DNA of 47,217 nucleotides from Octopus bimaculoides (Eukaryota): positions 84,825,683-84,872,899 of the forward strand of contig NC_068986.1 in NCBI RefSeq assembly GCF_001194135.2. Reading direction: 5' to 3'. Shown in pieces: positions 23,700 to 35,995 of the stretch. Position numbers and translations under genes: made by a program. Numbering within the stretch: the first letter of the stretch is position 1; the number at the start of each line of letters is the position of its first letter. The notes beneath the pieces were generated by a model. The model searched no databases. It was given only the letters and a program-made list of their open reading frames with translations, and was not told where the DNA came from.

Positions 23700-23954
23700 A
23701 TTGTGATGAAAATCATTTTGGTGAGAAATGCGAAGGAGATTGTAACATGTGTAACGAGAAATCAACTGAAAGATGTGATAAAGTAAGTGGATGTATCTGC
23801 AATGAAGGTTGGAAAAATAAAACATGTGAAACTGATATTGACGAATGTCAAAATGCAAGTGTCTGCTCTGCAAATGAAATTTGTGGAAACCAGAATGGAA
23901 CTTACGAATGCAAATGCCAATCAGGGTACAAAAAGGAAGAAAATACGTGCGTAG
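23700..23954 (+). CDS. Exon 12, laminin/MEGF-type EGF plus calcium-binding EGF (DCDENHFGEKC...DIDECQNASVC...NTCV)
   Basis: ggtag acceptor, G|gttggt donor, 255 nt, phase 1-1; matches ORF 23624-23971. Confidence 0.92.
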
Positions 23955-24024
23955 GTTGGTATGAATTTTGAAATTTTATTGAAATTTGTATGTTCATTTG
24001 CTCATTATAATGCAAAGATTTCAT

Positions 24025-24231
24025 AAGGGTGGCGAGCTGGCAGAGTCATTACTATGCTGGGAAATGTTTAGCGGCATTTCGTCTGTCTTTAAACCCTCAG
24101 TTCAAATTCCCCCGCGGTCGACTTTGTCTTTCATCCTTTCGGAGTCAATGAATTAAATACTAGTTACATACTGAGGTAATTGACTAGTCCGTGTACCCAC
24201 AATTTCAGGACTTGTGCATATAGTAGAAAGG
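24025..24231 (+). mobile_element. SINE A, full-length diverged monomer
   Basis: ggtggcgagctggcagag...gcggtcgactttgtctttcatcctttcggagtc...tagtagaaag. Confidence 0.8.
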
Positions 24232-24236
<5 letters not shown>

Positions 24237-24298
<62 letters not shown>

Positions 24299-25030
24299 GG
24301 TAGTTTTATTTTTATAACGTGCTTTCACTTCACTACCGAGCGCAGCTCTGTGTGCCTTGGGTGTGTGCTGTGGTTTGCTGTGATGCTCTTATGGTTACTG
24401 TATTGAAAGTGTTTTGCGTAGGATGTGTGCAGTGCCCAGTAGTGCAATTTTCTGTATGTTATATATATTTGTAAGTCCTGNNNNNNNNNNCTATGATAAG
24501 AATTGTTTCTGTTTTTAGATTCCACATTCGAGTTACCTCTATTTCCAGGTCTTTGTATTTTGAAAGTTTCTCCATTTCTTTTAGGGAAACGTTGTCATCT
24601 GCTGGTATTGATACATCAATTAGAAAGCATTTTTTTCTTCCTGATCTTTGACAATTATATCTGGTCTATTGGCCTTAATTTCTCTATCTGTTTGTATTGG
24701 CATATCCCAGAGTATGGTTGCTTTCTCGCTTTTTGTGACCTTCTCTGGCGTGTGTTTATACCATCTTTTTTCTGTTGTTATTCCATAGTGTTGGCATAGC
24801 TTTCAGTGTACATAGGTCCCAGCTCTGTCGTGTCTGTGAATATATTCCTTTTTAGGACTGGGCAGCCAGAGATAATATGATTTATTGTTTCTTGTCCATT
24901 GCCACATATTCTGCAGTTACTTGTTATGTTTCTTTTCATTATATGTTTTTGGCAATTTCTGGTGGGAGGCTTTGGTCTTGTGCAGCAATTAAAAATCCTT
25001 CAGTCTCTTCTTCTTTTTTGTATGTATTAT
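24237..25030 (-). mobile_element. 5'-truncated RLE-type non-LTR retrotransposon with (TAA)n tail, same young subfamily as 4957-5378
   Basis: 3' UTR nearly identical to 5262-5361; minus translation ETEGFLIAAQDQSL...CRICGNGQETINHIISGCP. Confidence 0.85.
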
Positions 25031-25750
25031 CTTTTTGTTTCATTCATTGATATATAATATCAGTAAAATATCCAAAGCAGGTCAACATATACTCTATTTT
25101 TCATTGCAATATCCAAAATAAGCGCAGGTTTCCTACCAAGTTTTAAGCTATCCACTTGTTGATAAATGTAAGTCGGACTAGACATTACGATAAGAATTCC
25201 CATACGTGTTGTGTAAAACGTCATTGAGAAATTGCGAGTGTTTTGTTTCGTTTTATAAACAAAACCTATATCCGGCTGGAAACTTTTCTCCAAAATTTTC
25301 CGCATAAAGAATTTTTCTCTTTTGGAATGATTTGTTTAATCTAATGCTAGACATAAGGTTAAAAAAGAAAATTTTTAAGTTGTTGAGTTTTCTTTACTTA
25401 GAATAACTGAAAAAGTGAATGTTGTCGGTACTGTATTCAAATAAAATTTGTCAAGTGATGCAGAGCAGAAATGTTTAATATAGAAATAGATATTTCTGAT
25501 ATTTTCGTAAGACTAATGGTGGCAGATACATTTGTTCCGCGCGAAGAGGGCAAATGTTAGCAAATCATGTGTCCACAACTTTCATTTTCTTAAAAGTAAA
25601 AATGTTGTTAGGGTTTGATTCATTGTTCTTAAGTTATGAAAATTTCAACCCGCAACACTGAAATATTATGTACGTCAACAATAATTTATTGATTTTGCCA
25701 TACTACCTTTTTCCTATATTAAATTTACCAATTGAAAACTATTTTTACAG

Positions 25751-25861
25751 ATATTGATGAATGCCTTAATAGTTCGTGCCCACAAGACTGCGTAAATAAG
25801 CCGGGTAGCTATGAGTGTAAATGTCGAAGTGGCTATAAAAGAAACGGAACTACATGTGAAG
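25751..25861 (+). CDS. Exon 13, calcium-binding EGF ([29 protein letters not shown]...CE)
   Basis: ttttacag acceptor, G|gtaaga donor, 111 nt, phase 1-1. Confidence 0.93.
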
Positions 25862-26562
25862 GTAAGACAGACTACTATATAGGGCCCCAATTGATCTTCT
25901 AACCAATTATTGCTGTAAGAATTATGTCTAGCAGAATTTTTGCCGCTGGCTGCGAAATTTCAGTTTTCCAATAATTGAAAATGCTGTCTGAATATTTAGA
26001 CATATTATAGATAAACAACCAAGTCTACCAATATGGTATACAAACGTGGTAATCATATGAGGTGTTTGGGGTCCTATTTCCGCTATTTAACAAAGTAATC
26101 CCTTTCAGCATTACAATTATGTTAGATTTGCTGATAGAAAATATGAGACATTGTTTCTACAACTACTTTTAGTATGCTATATCTCATGTGGAACATAGAT
26201 TTTACAATAAAACGGAGACAAACACCTAAAATACAAACGATTATGAGAAAATATATTCGTATGAAAACTCCCAGCAAATGTGTCGAACGTATGGACGAGT
26301 AATGCTAACGTGTTACACTTTCTGGGTGGATACGATAAATGGAAACATCGCATATACCAGCTTACCCTAGCATGGAACATTGAATACTGAATGTTATGAA
26401 GAGGATTATTATCTCCATGATGAGATTATGGATAGAGAAATGTTTTTACATAAAAAGAACAAGAAATTTAAAAGCAAGTACGTATTTGAAAAGATATTTA
26501 ACATCTTTTGCCACTAGACATTTCATTATTTATCTCTATAACATGTTGAAATATTTATTCAG

Positions 26563-26694
26563 ATGTAGACGAATGTGCAAACGATGTTGATGACTGCGAA
26601 CATACATGTGTAAACACGGACGGCTCATTTCAATGCGAATGCTACACTGGTTACAAGCTGGATACAGACCGCAAGAAATGCATCAAAACGAAAG
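26563..26694 (+). CDS. Exon 14, calcium-binding EGF plus extension ([31 protein letters not shown]...CIKTK)
   Basis: ttcag acceptor, G|gtacta donor, 132 nt, phase 1-1. Confidence 0.92.
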
Positions 26695-26847
26695 GTACTA
26701 GAATTCAGTTAAATACTTGAAATTGATTAAATATAAATAAAACTTTAGTTAAAAATATGAATTATTAACGAAACTTTAACTAATAAATAATGTACCGATT
26801 GTCACTGTTGTAGGTCCCAATTATATTTTATGACCAATATATCTATG

Positions 26848-27012
26848 TAGGCGCAGGAGTGACTGTGTGGTTAGTAGCTTGCTCACCAACCACATGGTTT
26901 TGGGTTCAGTCCCACTGCGTGGGACTTTGGGCAAGTGTCTTCTAGTATACCCTCGGGCCAACCAAAGCCTTGTGAGTGGATTTGGTAGACGGAAACTGAA
27001 AGAAGACCATCG
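26848..27012 (+). mobile_element. SINE B 5' half
   Basis: ggcgcaggagtgactgtgtggttagtagcttgctcaccaaccacatgg...ggtagacggaaactgaaagaagacc. Confidence 0.85.
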
Positions 27013-27014
27013 TA

Positions 27015-27055
<41 letters not shown>

Positions 27056-28049
27056 ATATANNNNNNNNNNNNNNNNNNNNNNNNNNNNNNNNNNNNNNNN
27101 NNNNNNNNNNNNNNNNNNNNNNNNNNNNNNNNNNNNNNNNNNNNNNNNNNNNNNNNNNNNNNNNNNNNNNNNNNNNNNNNNNNNNNNNNNNNNNNNNNNN
27201 NNNNNNNNNNNNNNNNNNNNNNNNNNNNNNNNNNNNNNNNNNNNNNNNNNNNNNNNNNNNNNNNNNNNNNNNNNNNNNNNNNNNNNNNNNNNNNNNNNNN
27301 NNNNNNNNNNNNNNNNNNNNNNNNNNNNNNNNNNNNNNNNNNNNNNNNNNNNNNNNNNNNNNNNNNNNNNNNNNNNNNNNNNNNNNNNNNNNNNNNNNNN
27401 NNNNNNNNNNNNNNNNNNNNNNNNNNNNNNNNNNNNNNNNNNNNNNNNNNNNNNNNNNNNNNNNNNNNNNNNNNNNNNNNNNNNNNNNNNNNNNNNNNNN
27501 NNNNNNNNNNNNNNNNNNNNNNNNNNNNNNNNNNNNNNNNNNNNNNNNNNNNNNNNNNNNNNNNNNNNNNNNNNNNNNNNNNNNNNNNNNNNNNNNNNNN
27601 NNNNNNNNNNNNNNNNNNNNNNNNNNNNNNNNNNNNNNNNNNNNNNNNNNNNNNNNNNNNNNNNNNNNNNNNNNNNNNNNNNNNNNNNNNNNNNNNNNNN
27701 NNNNNNNNNNNNNNNNNNNNNNNNNNNNNNNNNNNNNNNNNNNNNNNNNNNNNNNNNNNNNNNNNNNNNNNNNNNNNNNNNNNNNNNNNNNNNNNNNNNN
27801 NNNNNNNNNNNNNNNNNNNNNNNNNNNNNNNNNNNNNNNNNNNNNNNNNNNNNNNNNNNNNNNNNNNNNNNNNNNNNNNNNNNNNNNNNNNNNNNNNNNN
27901 NNNNNNNNNNNNNNNNNNNNNNNNNNNNNNNNNNNNNNNNNNNNNNNNNNNNNNNNNNNNNNNNNNNNNNNNNNNNNNNNNNNNNNNNNNNNNNNNNNNN
28001 NNNNNNNATACATACATACATACATACATGCATACATACATACAATTGG

Positions 28050-28087
<38 letters not shown>

Positions 28088-28206
28088 ATAAAATATAAGG
28101 ATAAAATCTATATAAGATTTTATTGAGTTGCCTGCGTGAAAAACCAATTAAGGAAAAAAGTAATACAAAGTATATAATTCTTTTCCTTTATATATAAAGT
28201 ACCTTA

Positions 28207-28550
28207 TAATATCAAGAGCTGTTACTATGCGTAAAAGCCGCAAGCTTTAATGTTACTCTAACGTCAAACTACTTCAATAAGTGTATACACGCGCCGACTT
28301 CGAGTGGATGAAACTAGAAGAAATTCCTTAAAAAAAAAAAAATTAGCTGCATACGATTAATGATCTCGTGGTAATACATGCTGACCTCGAAATGATTAAT
28401 GGTATACATCTAAACCTCTGTGTATTGTAGGAATTTCTCCTAGTTCCATTCCCTAGAAGTCGGGGCGTGTGTACACTTATTGAAGTAGTTTGACTTTAGA
28501 TGCCCATTAAAGCGTGTGGCTTTTACGGATTCTAATAGCCCTCGATATTA
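28207..28550. mobile_element. Foldback/MITE-like element with about 122-bp terminal inverted repeats
   Basis: 28207-28328 is the reverse complement of 28429-28550 (about 20 mismatches by hand alignment, including a perfect 23-nt block gtcaaactacttcaataagtgta). Confidence 0.85.
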
Positions 28551-28555
28551 CATAT

Positions 28556-28604
<49 letters not shown>

Positions 28605-29088
28605 ATATTAGGGACAAAATCCAAAATTACAAGTAAAAACTCAATTAAAATCAATTTATAAAAAAAATAAAATTAAATTGAGCTTTATAGATTAAAATAT
28701 ATATAAAAATATATAGTTTTAGGGAANNNNNNNNNNNNNNNNNNNNNNNNNNNNNNNNNNNNNNNNNNNNNNNNNNNNNNNNNNNNNNNNNNNNNNNNNN
28801 NNNNNNNNNNNNNNNNNNNNNNNNNNNNNNNNNNNNNNNNNNNNNNNNNNNNNNNNNNNNNNNNNNNNNNNNNNNNNNNNNNNNNNNNNNNNNNNNNNNN
28901 NNNNNNNNNNNNNNNNNNNNNNNNNNNNNNNNNNNNNNNNNNNNNNNNNNNNNNNNNNNNNNNNNNNNNNNNNNNNNNNNNNNNNNNNNNNNNNNNNNNN
29001 NNNNNNNNNNNNNNNNNNNNNNNNNNNNNNNNNNNNNNNNNNNNNNNNNNNNNNNNNNNNNNNNNNNNNNNNNNNNNNNNNNNNNNNN

Positions 29089-29130
<42 letters not shown>

Positions 29131-29264
29131 CCTACAAGCTTTAGGTGCTTACATAGTCACGTGCATGCCTTCTCACTCTGCACTCAACGAAATATGATAG
29201 ACGTGATAGATGGGTGAAGAAAGAACTGCAGTAACAGCCGGAATGTGTTTGTTTAAAACTGAGT

Positions 29265-29370
29265 AGAGTGGAGCAATGAGAAATGGCGTGCGTTGTTCTA
29301 GGACACAACACGCCACCCATTCCAGAAATCTAACTCTCGTTATTATAATCGTGAGTCTATCACCTTAACG
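29265..29370 (-). mobile_element. SINE C fragment
   Basis: gagtggagcaatg...ctaggacacaacacgcc...cagaaatctaact matches the SINE C pattern. Confidence 0.55.
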
Positions 29371-30188
29371 GTTCAGCAAAAGGTTGGTACAATCTTCAGG
29401 TTCATTCTTGCGAGCGAACGACAGCCAAGCTTTGATATATATATATAACATGTTAAATAATAATTATATCATATCATACTTCTTCTTTTAAGTTAGTATT
29501 AAGCCTTATATTGAACATTAATGTCTCCCGGAAAAAGAAACACATTTGGATATAATTGATGCATAGAGTTGTTTACTAGACTACGGTTAGATACTACTTT
29601 TCTCGTACGTGTTATTACGAATAATTTCGTTGAGTAGACTACTCCAAAATTACATGATATCAGACATGAAGAGTGATGTCGATGGAGCCACCATTAACAA
29701 ACTTGCTTCATTAAAGTGCCCAATAAGAAATTAAACGAAATGTTTGTGTTGTATATAAAGTAATGAACAATGACCTTTTCGTGCAACACAGTCTGTGATT
29801 TAAGATCTAATGTATCATAATATTTCATACTCTATAACATAGACATATAGGTAGAATCTCTATACTCTCTAACTTTAACTATATAGAAAAGACAAAAACT
29901 GGAGAGATTTTCCAATCTATTATCATACTCTGGATTTACTTCCAACATAGTGAAATATAGAGGCGTTTTGTACAATGTATAATTTGTAATAGTACTTTAT
30001 TTTCTTTCCTCGGATTACTGAGTAAAACCATATTTGTATCCTGTTCATGCAAATATTTTTGTGAATACCGTCTCATACAAATATTATTGAGCCTGTTACT
30101 ATATGTATGTATGCATGTATGTATGTATGTATGTATGTATGTATGTATGTATGTATGTATGTGTGTATGTGTGTGTATGCGTGTATGA

Positions 30189-31104
30189 CATTATTTAGTT
30201 TTATTTGAAGATTTGTTATTTATAGAGTAAGAGCCAGTGTCTAATCTACGTCCAAGGCCCTTTTATTGGAATTTTAACAACATCAACAGGGAATGTTTGT
30301 ATATATGAATACAAGTAATATTTGGTGTCAGCGCATGTGAAGATATATATATGTTTTGTTTTATGCATATATTCTCATGCATATCTAGACAGGTTAATAT
30401 AAAATTAAATGGTAAATTTCTGGAAAATTTTATAGACTTTTACAGTTCCAGTGAAGGCTTGGATCAGTAGTCTTCGAATCAGCTTTCTCCATTTTGCTTA
30501 TGAGAAGCTTAATTTCTCAAGATTCGTACTTAGGAAGCGTGTTAAATAACAACGTACCCAATAATTACTAGTATAAATCTGAACTTGTAATGTTGGTAGA
30601 GTAACCGTAGATTCCTCAATAGTTCAGCGTAGGTAATTTCTTTTTCGCTGATCTTTAGCTTTATATTGACATTCGCTGGGCAGCCAATTTCCACTCTCTT
30701 TCCTTTGTTGATGTTGTCAAGTCCAGTCACGTTGTTAGTAGTAACTCTCTGCATGCTAAAGTCATGTTTCAGTCAAAAATCATTACGATCTTCTATAAAA
30801 GAGTCCCTCAGTTAATTCGTCTAAAGATTACATAGGTATTGAACAGGACTGATAGTTGTGGCTTCAAAGACGAAGATAGTAGTCATTGTATTTTCGATAA
30901 ATAGTGTCACACGCACAAATACGCGACTTGTTGCATTGAGTGTGTGATATGTATGTATGTGTGTATGTATGTATTATGTATGTATGTATATCATTATTCA
31001 GTTTATTTCAAGATTTCCTGCCAATAGAGAAAGAATCGGTTTGTAACCTAGATCCAAGGCTCCTTCATTGGAATTTCAACATCAACAACAGGGTATTTTG
31101 TTTG
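30189..31104 (+). repeat. Two direct copies (30189-30300 and 30991-31104) of an about 110-bp microsatellite-flanked interspersed repeat
   Basis: cattatt(t/c)agttt...aagattt...ccaaggc...ttattgg/ttcattggaattt..caacatcaacaggg present in both, each after (TATG)n. Confidence 0.7.
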
Positions 31105-31124
31105 TATGAATGTATGAATGTATA

Positions 31125-31177
<53 letters not shown>

Positions 31178-31245
31178 TTATAAACACACAATTCACATAT
31201 GCAATATATTGCTTATTATTACATTTTAATACTTTGACTTTATAG

Positions 31246-31365
31246 TTATCAATACATGCGAGAATCTGAACTGCTCCTACGCCTGTGATATAAACAATGG
31301 AACAGCTTCCTGTCAATGCCAGAAGTTTTATAAACTTGATCCCGCGACAAACACTACATGCATAA
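31246..31365 (+). CDS. Exon 15, EGF-like (VINTCENLNCSYACDINNGTASCQCQKFY...TTCI)
   Basis: ttatag acceptor, A|gtaagt donor, 120 nt, phase 1-1. Confidence 0.9.
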
Positions 31366-31994
31366 GTAAGTCCTGCCTCCTTATATCTTTTGTGTTACAC
31401 ATTCATATGCACATGCATACATACATATATATATATATACATACAAGCACACATGCGCATGCGTGAGAAAATACGACAAAGTATGAAAAATTATCAATTA
31501 TTTAATCAGCCACACGTTTTTCATTCAGATTGGCGAAACCAAATTCTTGCATATTAACGTCTGCATATTTAATCGATCCCATACTTGAGCGGCTAATATG
31601 TTACAGAGAGGAATTAACTTCCTTGTGTTCCCATCAAAGTTATTCTTATCATTATTTTGTTCTTATTGTATATAAGTACAGATACACGCACACGTACAAA
31701 TACACATACACACACACATACATACACACAAACACACACACATATCAAGCCTTCTTTTCTTTTCAATGGATAAAATATTTACAAAACCAGCCAATATGTT
31801 TACCTTGATTAGACTTCTCTCTATTGTGACGTTCAGTTATATCGATCTCAGTTCTAAAAATGGTAATTTTCGAGTTTGGAATGTTGGACAGCAATTCGAC
31901 CCTGGTGCTATTTGAACAAGTTATGTAATGCAAGTAGCACTGTATACGCTGGCAGGCTTTTGATTCTGCCAGTTACCGTTTTTATTTATCCAAT

Positions 31995-32062
31995 ATTCTT
32001 TTCTTCTCTAGGCCCAAGGCCCGAAATTTTCGGGGAAGGGGCTAGTCGGTTAGATCGACCCC
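31995..32062 (-). mobile_element. SINE A 3' tail fragment, antisense
   Basis: attcttttcttctctaggcccaagg...ctagtcggttagatcgacccca is the reverse complement of the SINE A tail. Confidence 0.7.
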
Positions 32063-32260
32063 ATCTTAATATACTTATCACATTAAAAATACAATTTGCA
32101 TAACTGAAACGACTATAATCCATTGTATTGCGAATGGTAAGTGTATCAAATATTTATGTGTAACTTAATAGATGACCAACAAGAAAGCTTTACACAATAT
32201 GGTGTATCATCTGCAGTATTCTTAACACCGTACTTTATTCATTATTCTCTTTGTTTTCAG

Positions 32261-32334
32261 TTTTCTCCTACGATGTTGTCATCAGAATCTATATGCCTTT
32301 CACAGCTAATCTAAATGAGACACTACGTCAAACG
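32261..32334 (+). CDS. Exon 16, probable first part of SEA domain (IFSYDVVIRIYMPFTANLNETLRQT)
   Basis: Strong pyrimidine tract ending ttgttttcag, ACG|gtgagt donor, 74 nt, phase 1-0; beta-strand then helix-like sequence fits an SEA N-terminus. Confidence 0.72.
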
Positions 32335-34030
32335 GTGAGTTTATTCTCTGCTTTTTAGTGTTACATGCACAGAGAGATATTATATCAACTTTTATATACA
32401 TTATTCTTCACCTGGTCGTTACCATACACGTTTAATACCATCTAACCCACAGAAGCTGATTTTAGTTTCATCAGAAAAAAGAATTTTATTCCAAAACTAC
32501 TGCCCCTTACTCACCGACCAGTAGCTTTGTACATTTGAATTACTTTGACAACTGTAAAACACGCTGTTGGATCCTAAACTATTCTTGTGCAAATTAAAAA
32601 AAAAATTTCTTCAAATTTTCATACAATTCTTTTCCTTTGGTGCCATTTTAATCACAATAAAGGTACATAAATCAAAATTTCTGCAGATACATTAACAACG
32701 ACTGGCGTAAAAATGTCAGGAGAAATTATTCATGAGAATTGAAATTATCAGCAATATCTGAATTTAGTAAAAAGAAAGTGAATAAAATATTGAATATAGC
32801 AAATTTCCTTTAGGTTGTACATATTTCTGTAACGTTTGAAAATTAATATTTCGTGCATACCTTTGAAATTGTTCATTGTTTTGTGTTCCAAACTTGTATA
32901 ATGCTTGCATGTATAATATATCTTATACAGAATAAATTTCGTTTAATTTCCTCTGGTTTTAACATAGTAATGGCAATTTTACGGAAATTTTTAGGGGTGT
33001 ACATACTTCTGTGAGATACNNNNNNNNNNNNNNNNNNNNNNNNNNNNNNNNNNNNNNNNNNNNNNNNNNNNNNNNNNNNNNNNNNNNNNNNNNNNNNNNN
33101 NNNNNNNNNNNNNNNNNNNATGCATATATACATACATATACCCATACATGTGTATATACATACACATATATAATGTGATATGAAAAATAAAATATCATGT
33201 ATATATGAAGATATATAATGCGCGTTCGGTTGAGTTTTGTTTGCTTGTTGGTAGATTAAGAAGAAATATAATTAGTCCACCGAGAGATAAGTATTATTAA
33301 ATTAGTTCCGGAATTATCTCTCAGCTACCCAGCTACGTCTAGTTTCAAGCTCACTCAGTGAATTAATTGGGTTGGCTTGATATCATATCGTGCCTGAGCT
33401 AGAAATCATCCACATTCAAATGTGGATGATTTTCTGAAAATGTTTGACAAATTGCATGGGGGAGGGGGCCATGAAAACATGATGGAGAACAGAATGAATG
33501 ATTAAGCCCTTTAACCTGTTCGTTGATAAGTAGTCAAATGTATATTTCTAAATGAAAATTCATTTGTTTGTATATACACTGACCAGTAAATTAATTTTGT
33601 TCCTCTTTGAACAATTTACTTGTTAATGCATTGTAAATGTTATGTAATGCATTAAACATATCCTGCAATTGTCCATTGATATTAGTATTAATTCGCAAGA
33701 CCTTCCCGGTTTTGAAGTTCTGTCTTAGAAATGTTTGATTGAGACTACGACAATATAAAAACTTTTCTTGCATTCGTTGAAATCTCTGGAGTTTCAAAAT
33801 CGAAAGTGTTATGTAAAACTTCCAACTTCTATTCTTAGTCTTACTTCTGATTTCATCATTCGCCATCACCGTATATATTTACGGTATTGCCTTTCCTAAG
33901 CACATATTTATCTCTGTAATATCCACCACCACTAATGCAACAGTTTAATAAACTTAACATTCTTTGGGTTTTAAATATCCTTTCGAAACAAATTTCTCTG
34001 AAACTAACTTTAATAAAATTTATGTTTCAG

Positions 34031-34182
34031 GAACGGTTCTATTATTGTGGATCACACTGTTAAAACCACAAATGGGTCGCTAGATGCTCTGAATAAAACT
34101 TTGGCAATTATCGAAAATCAAGGGCTGCAAGTTGGAAATAATACTTATAATACAACAGCAGTCTCACTACAAAGAGCATATA
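34031..34182 (+). CDS. Exon 17, SEA domain second half with GSIIV motif (xNGSIIVDHTV...LQRAY)
   Basis: tgtttcag acceptor, A|gtaagt donor, 152 nt, phase 2-1; NGSIIVD matches the SEA GS[VI][VI]V motif. Confidence 0.85.
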
Positions 34183-35539
34183 GTAAGTATGTTCCACAAA
34201 ATTTTAGTAATTTAACTTTGTGATATACTGTGAGAATACAGTCATGCTTCACCTGAATACAGTCATGCTTCACCAGAGTATACATACTATTCAGATTCTT
34301 CCGCATATGATTTAAAAAGAAACGTCTTTAATGCTATTTCATTTTGTCCGTTTTATTTGCAACAATTTCGACATAATTGATGCCACTTATATATGGAGAT
34401 GTATGGACAGGTATATAAACTGAATTTATGTCAAATACTGTAAAATATCATACATAGCGCTTGAAGAATATGTATGTTGGGTATGTGAGGGAAAATATTA
34501 ATGGGGGCACAAATAGGTGTTTAAATACTATAGAAACAACCTACGTGTAACTCATTGACAACTGCATTTTTTATAAATGTTGGCTAATGTATACACTGTA
34601 GATTATGAGGTATCTATGTAAGATATTTTATGAAGTAAAAAAAGATTATTGTGTGCAGTTTAGTAGACAGTAAATAGCTACGCGTTTCCAGAAAAGAAGG
34701 GGATAATATCACTTGCAAATAAACAAATAGACTCTATAATGAAAGGAAAAACAAGATAAACACGAGCATGCTGCAAGAAGAAAGAGTAGAATTATCAAAA
34801 CTACAAACACATTCAATCAGTTAAAAGCATATTTCTCCTGTAAACGTTTTTCAATTCATTGAATACGCATCATCCTTTTACTTAAACATCTCATTTCGAA
34901 GTTGAGCTAAATATCTTTAAAAAACTGCTCAGTCAGTAATAAACAATTCTACCGTTTGAAAAATAAATGTAAGATTTTTCTCTTCAATATTTCTTCATAG
35001 CCAATAATTGTTTAACCTTTAAATTCATGAAAACATTTGCTATCGAAAATAAAAGAATAATACTCTGAAACTTACCATTTACTAATTTATGTATGAGGAA
35101 ATGTTATTGAAATATAAAACAAAATCATTTGATATTTACCATCTGAGATAAATATTGCTAATACATATTTACAAGTATGAGCTGTTGTATATTGTTTGTT
35201 GGTCTGTTATCTTGGGGCCAACTCTTTAAAAGTAGTCAAAACCCACATTATAATGATAAAGCAAATGCTTGATAAGGAACAATATTTATGGCGGAGTATT
35301 TTTACATAAATAACTATTGATGGCGTCGCTGGGCAATTAAAGAACGTAAAAAATCATACATACATACATACATACATACACACATACATATATTCATACA
35401 TCGTTATATAGACACACATAGACTCACGCATACACACACACACACACATACAAATACATACACACATCTACACTTTTTATTAGAGGATTAATAGGATGAA
35501 GCTAACCTTGCCTAACGGAATTCCAACTGCGATTCATTG

Positions 35540-35995
35540 CAGAATATAAGGAAAACGATCCTGTAGGAAGAAAATGGAGACGGGAAACAAAAAATTGAGT
35601 ATCTGCAACATGATAGTAAACTATCATGGGGCAAGTGTGGCCAACCGCAACAATGAATGTCCAAAATAGGACTTCATCTGAAGAAGGTTATACTTCCAAT
35701 TTGGTGGGGTTGGAAGGGTATCGTCTTTTACGAGCTTCTTCACAGCGACACGACGATTAATCCGGATGTATACTGAAGCCAGCTTAGCAAATTAAACACA
35801 TCGATCCATCAGAAGCGTCCAATAATTGTTAACCGTAAGAGTATTGTCTTTAATTAAGACAATACCAGACTACACATCTATTTGCAGCACAGGTTACTAG
35901 GGCCTTTCAGGGTGGGGTGGGGGCAACTGGTGTTGCAACTTCCACATTCACGGGACATTGCGCCATCAGATTTCCACCTATATAACAGGTATTTC
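35540..35995 (+). pseudogene. Mariner transposase remnant (DD34D region)
   Basis: Translation GLHLKKVILPIWWGWKGIVFYELL...TINPDVY*SQLSKL...DNTRLH and LPHSRDIAPSDFHL; stops present. Confidence 0.85.

Noticed and set aside
15834-28126. Long ORFs in the track made of X runs and HT/VC/YI repeats (e.g. 26821-28041, 17283-18125, 45799-46422)
   Set aside because: Artefacts of N gaps and dinucleotide microsatellites, with no real coding signal
33591-33869. 92-aa minus-strand ORF
   Set aside because: No recognisable motif or splice support; length plausible by chance
34244-34284. Short tandem duplication gaatacagtcatgcttcacc x2
   Set aside because: Ordinary local slippage duplication in an intron, with no sign of function
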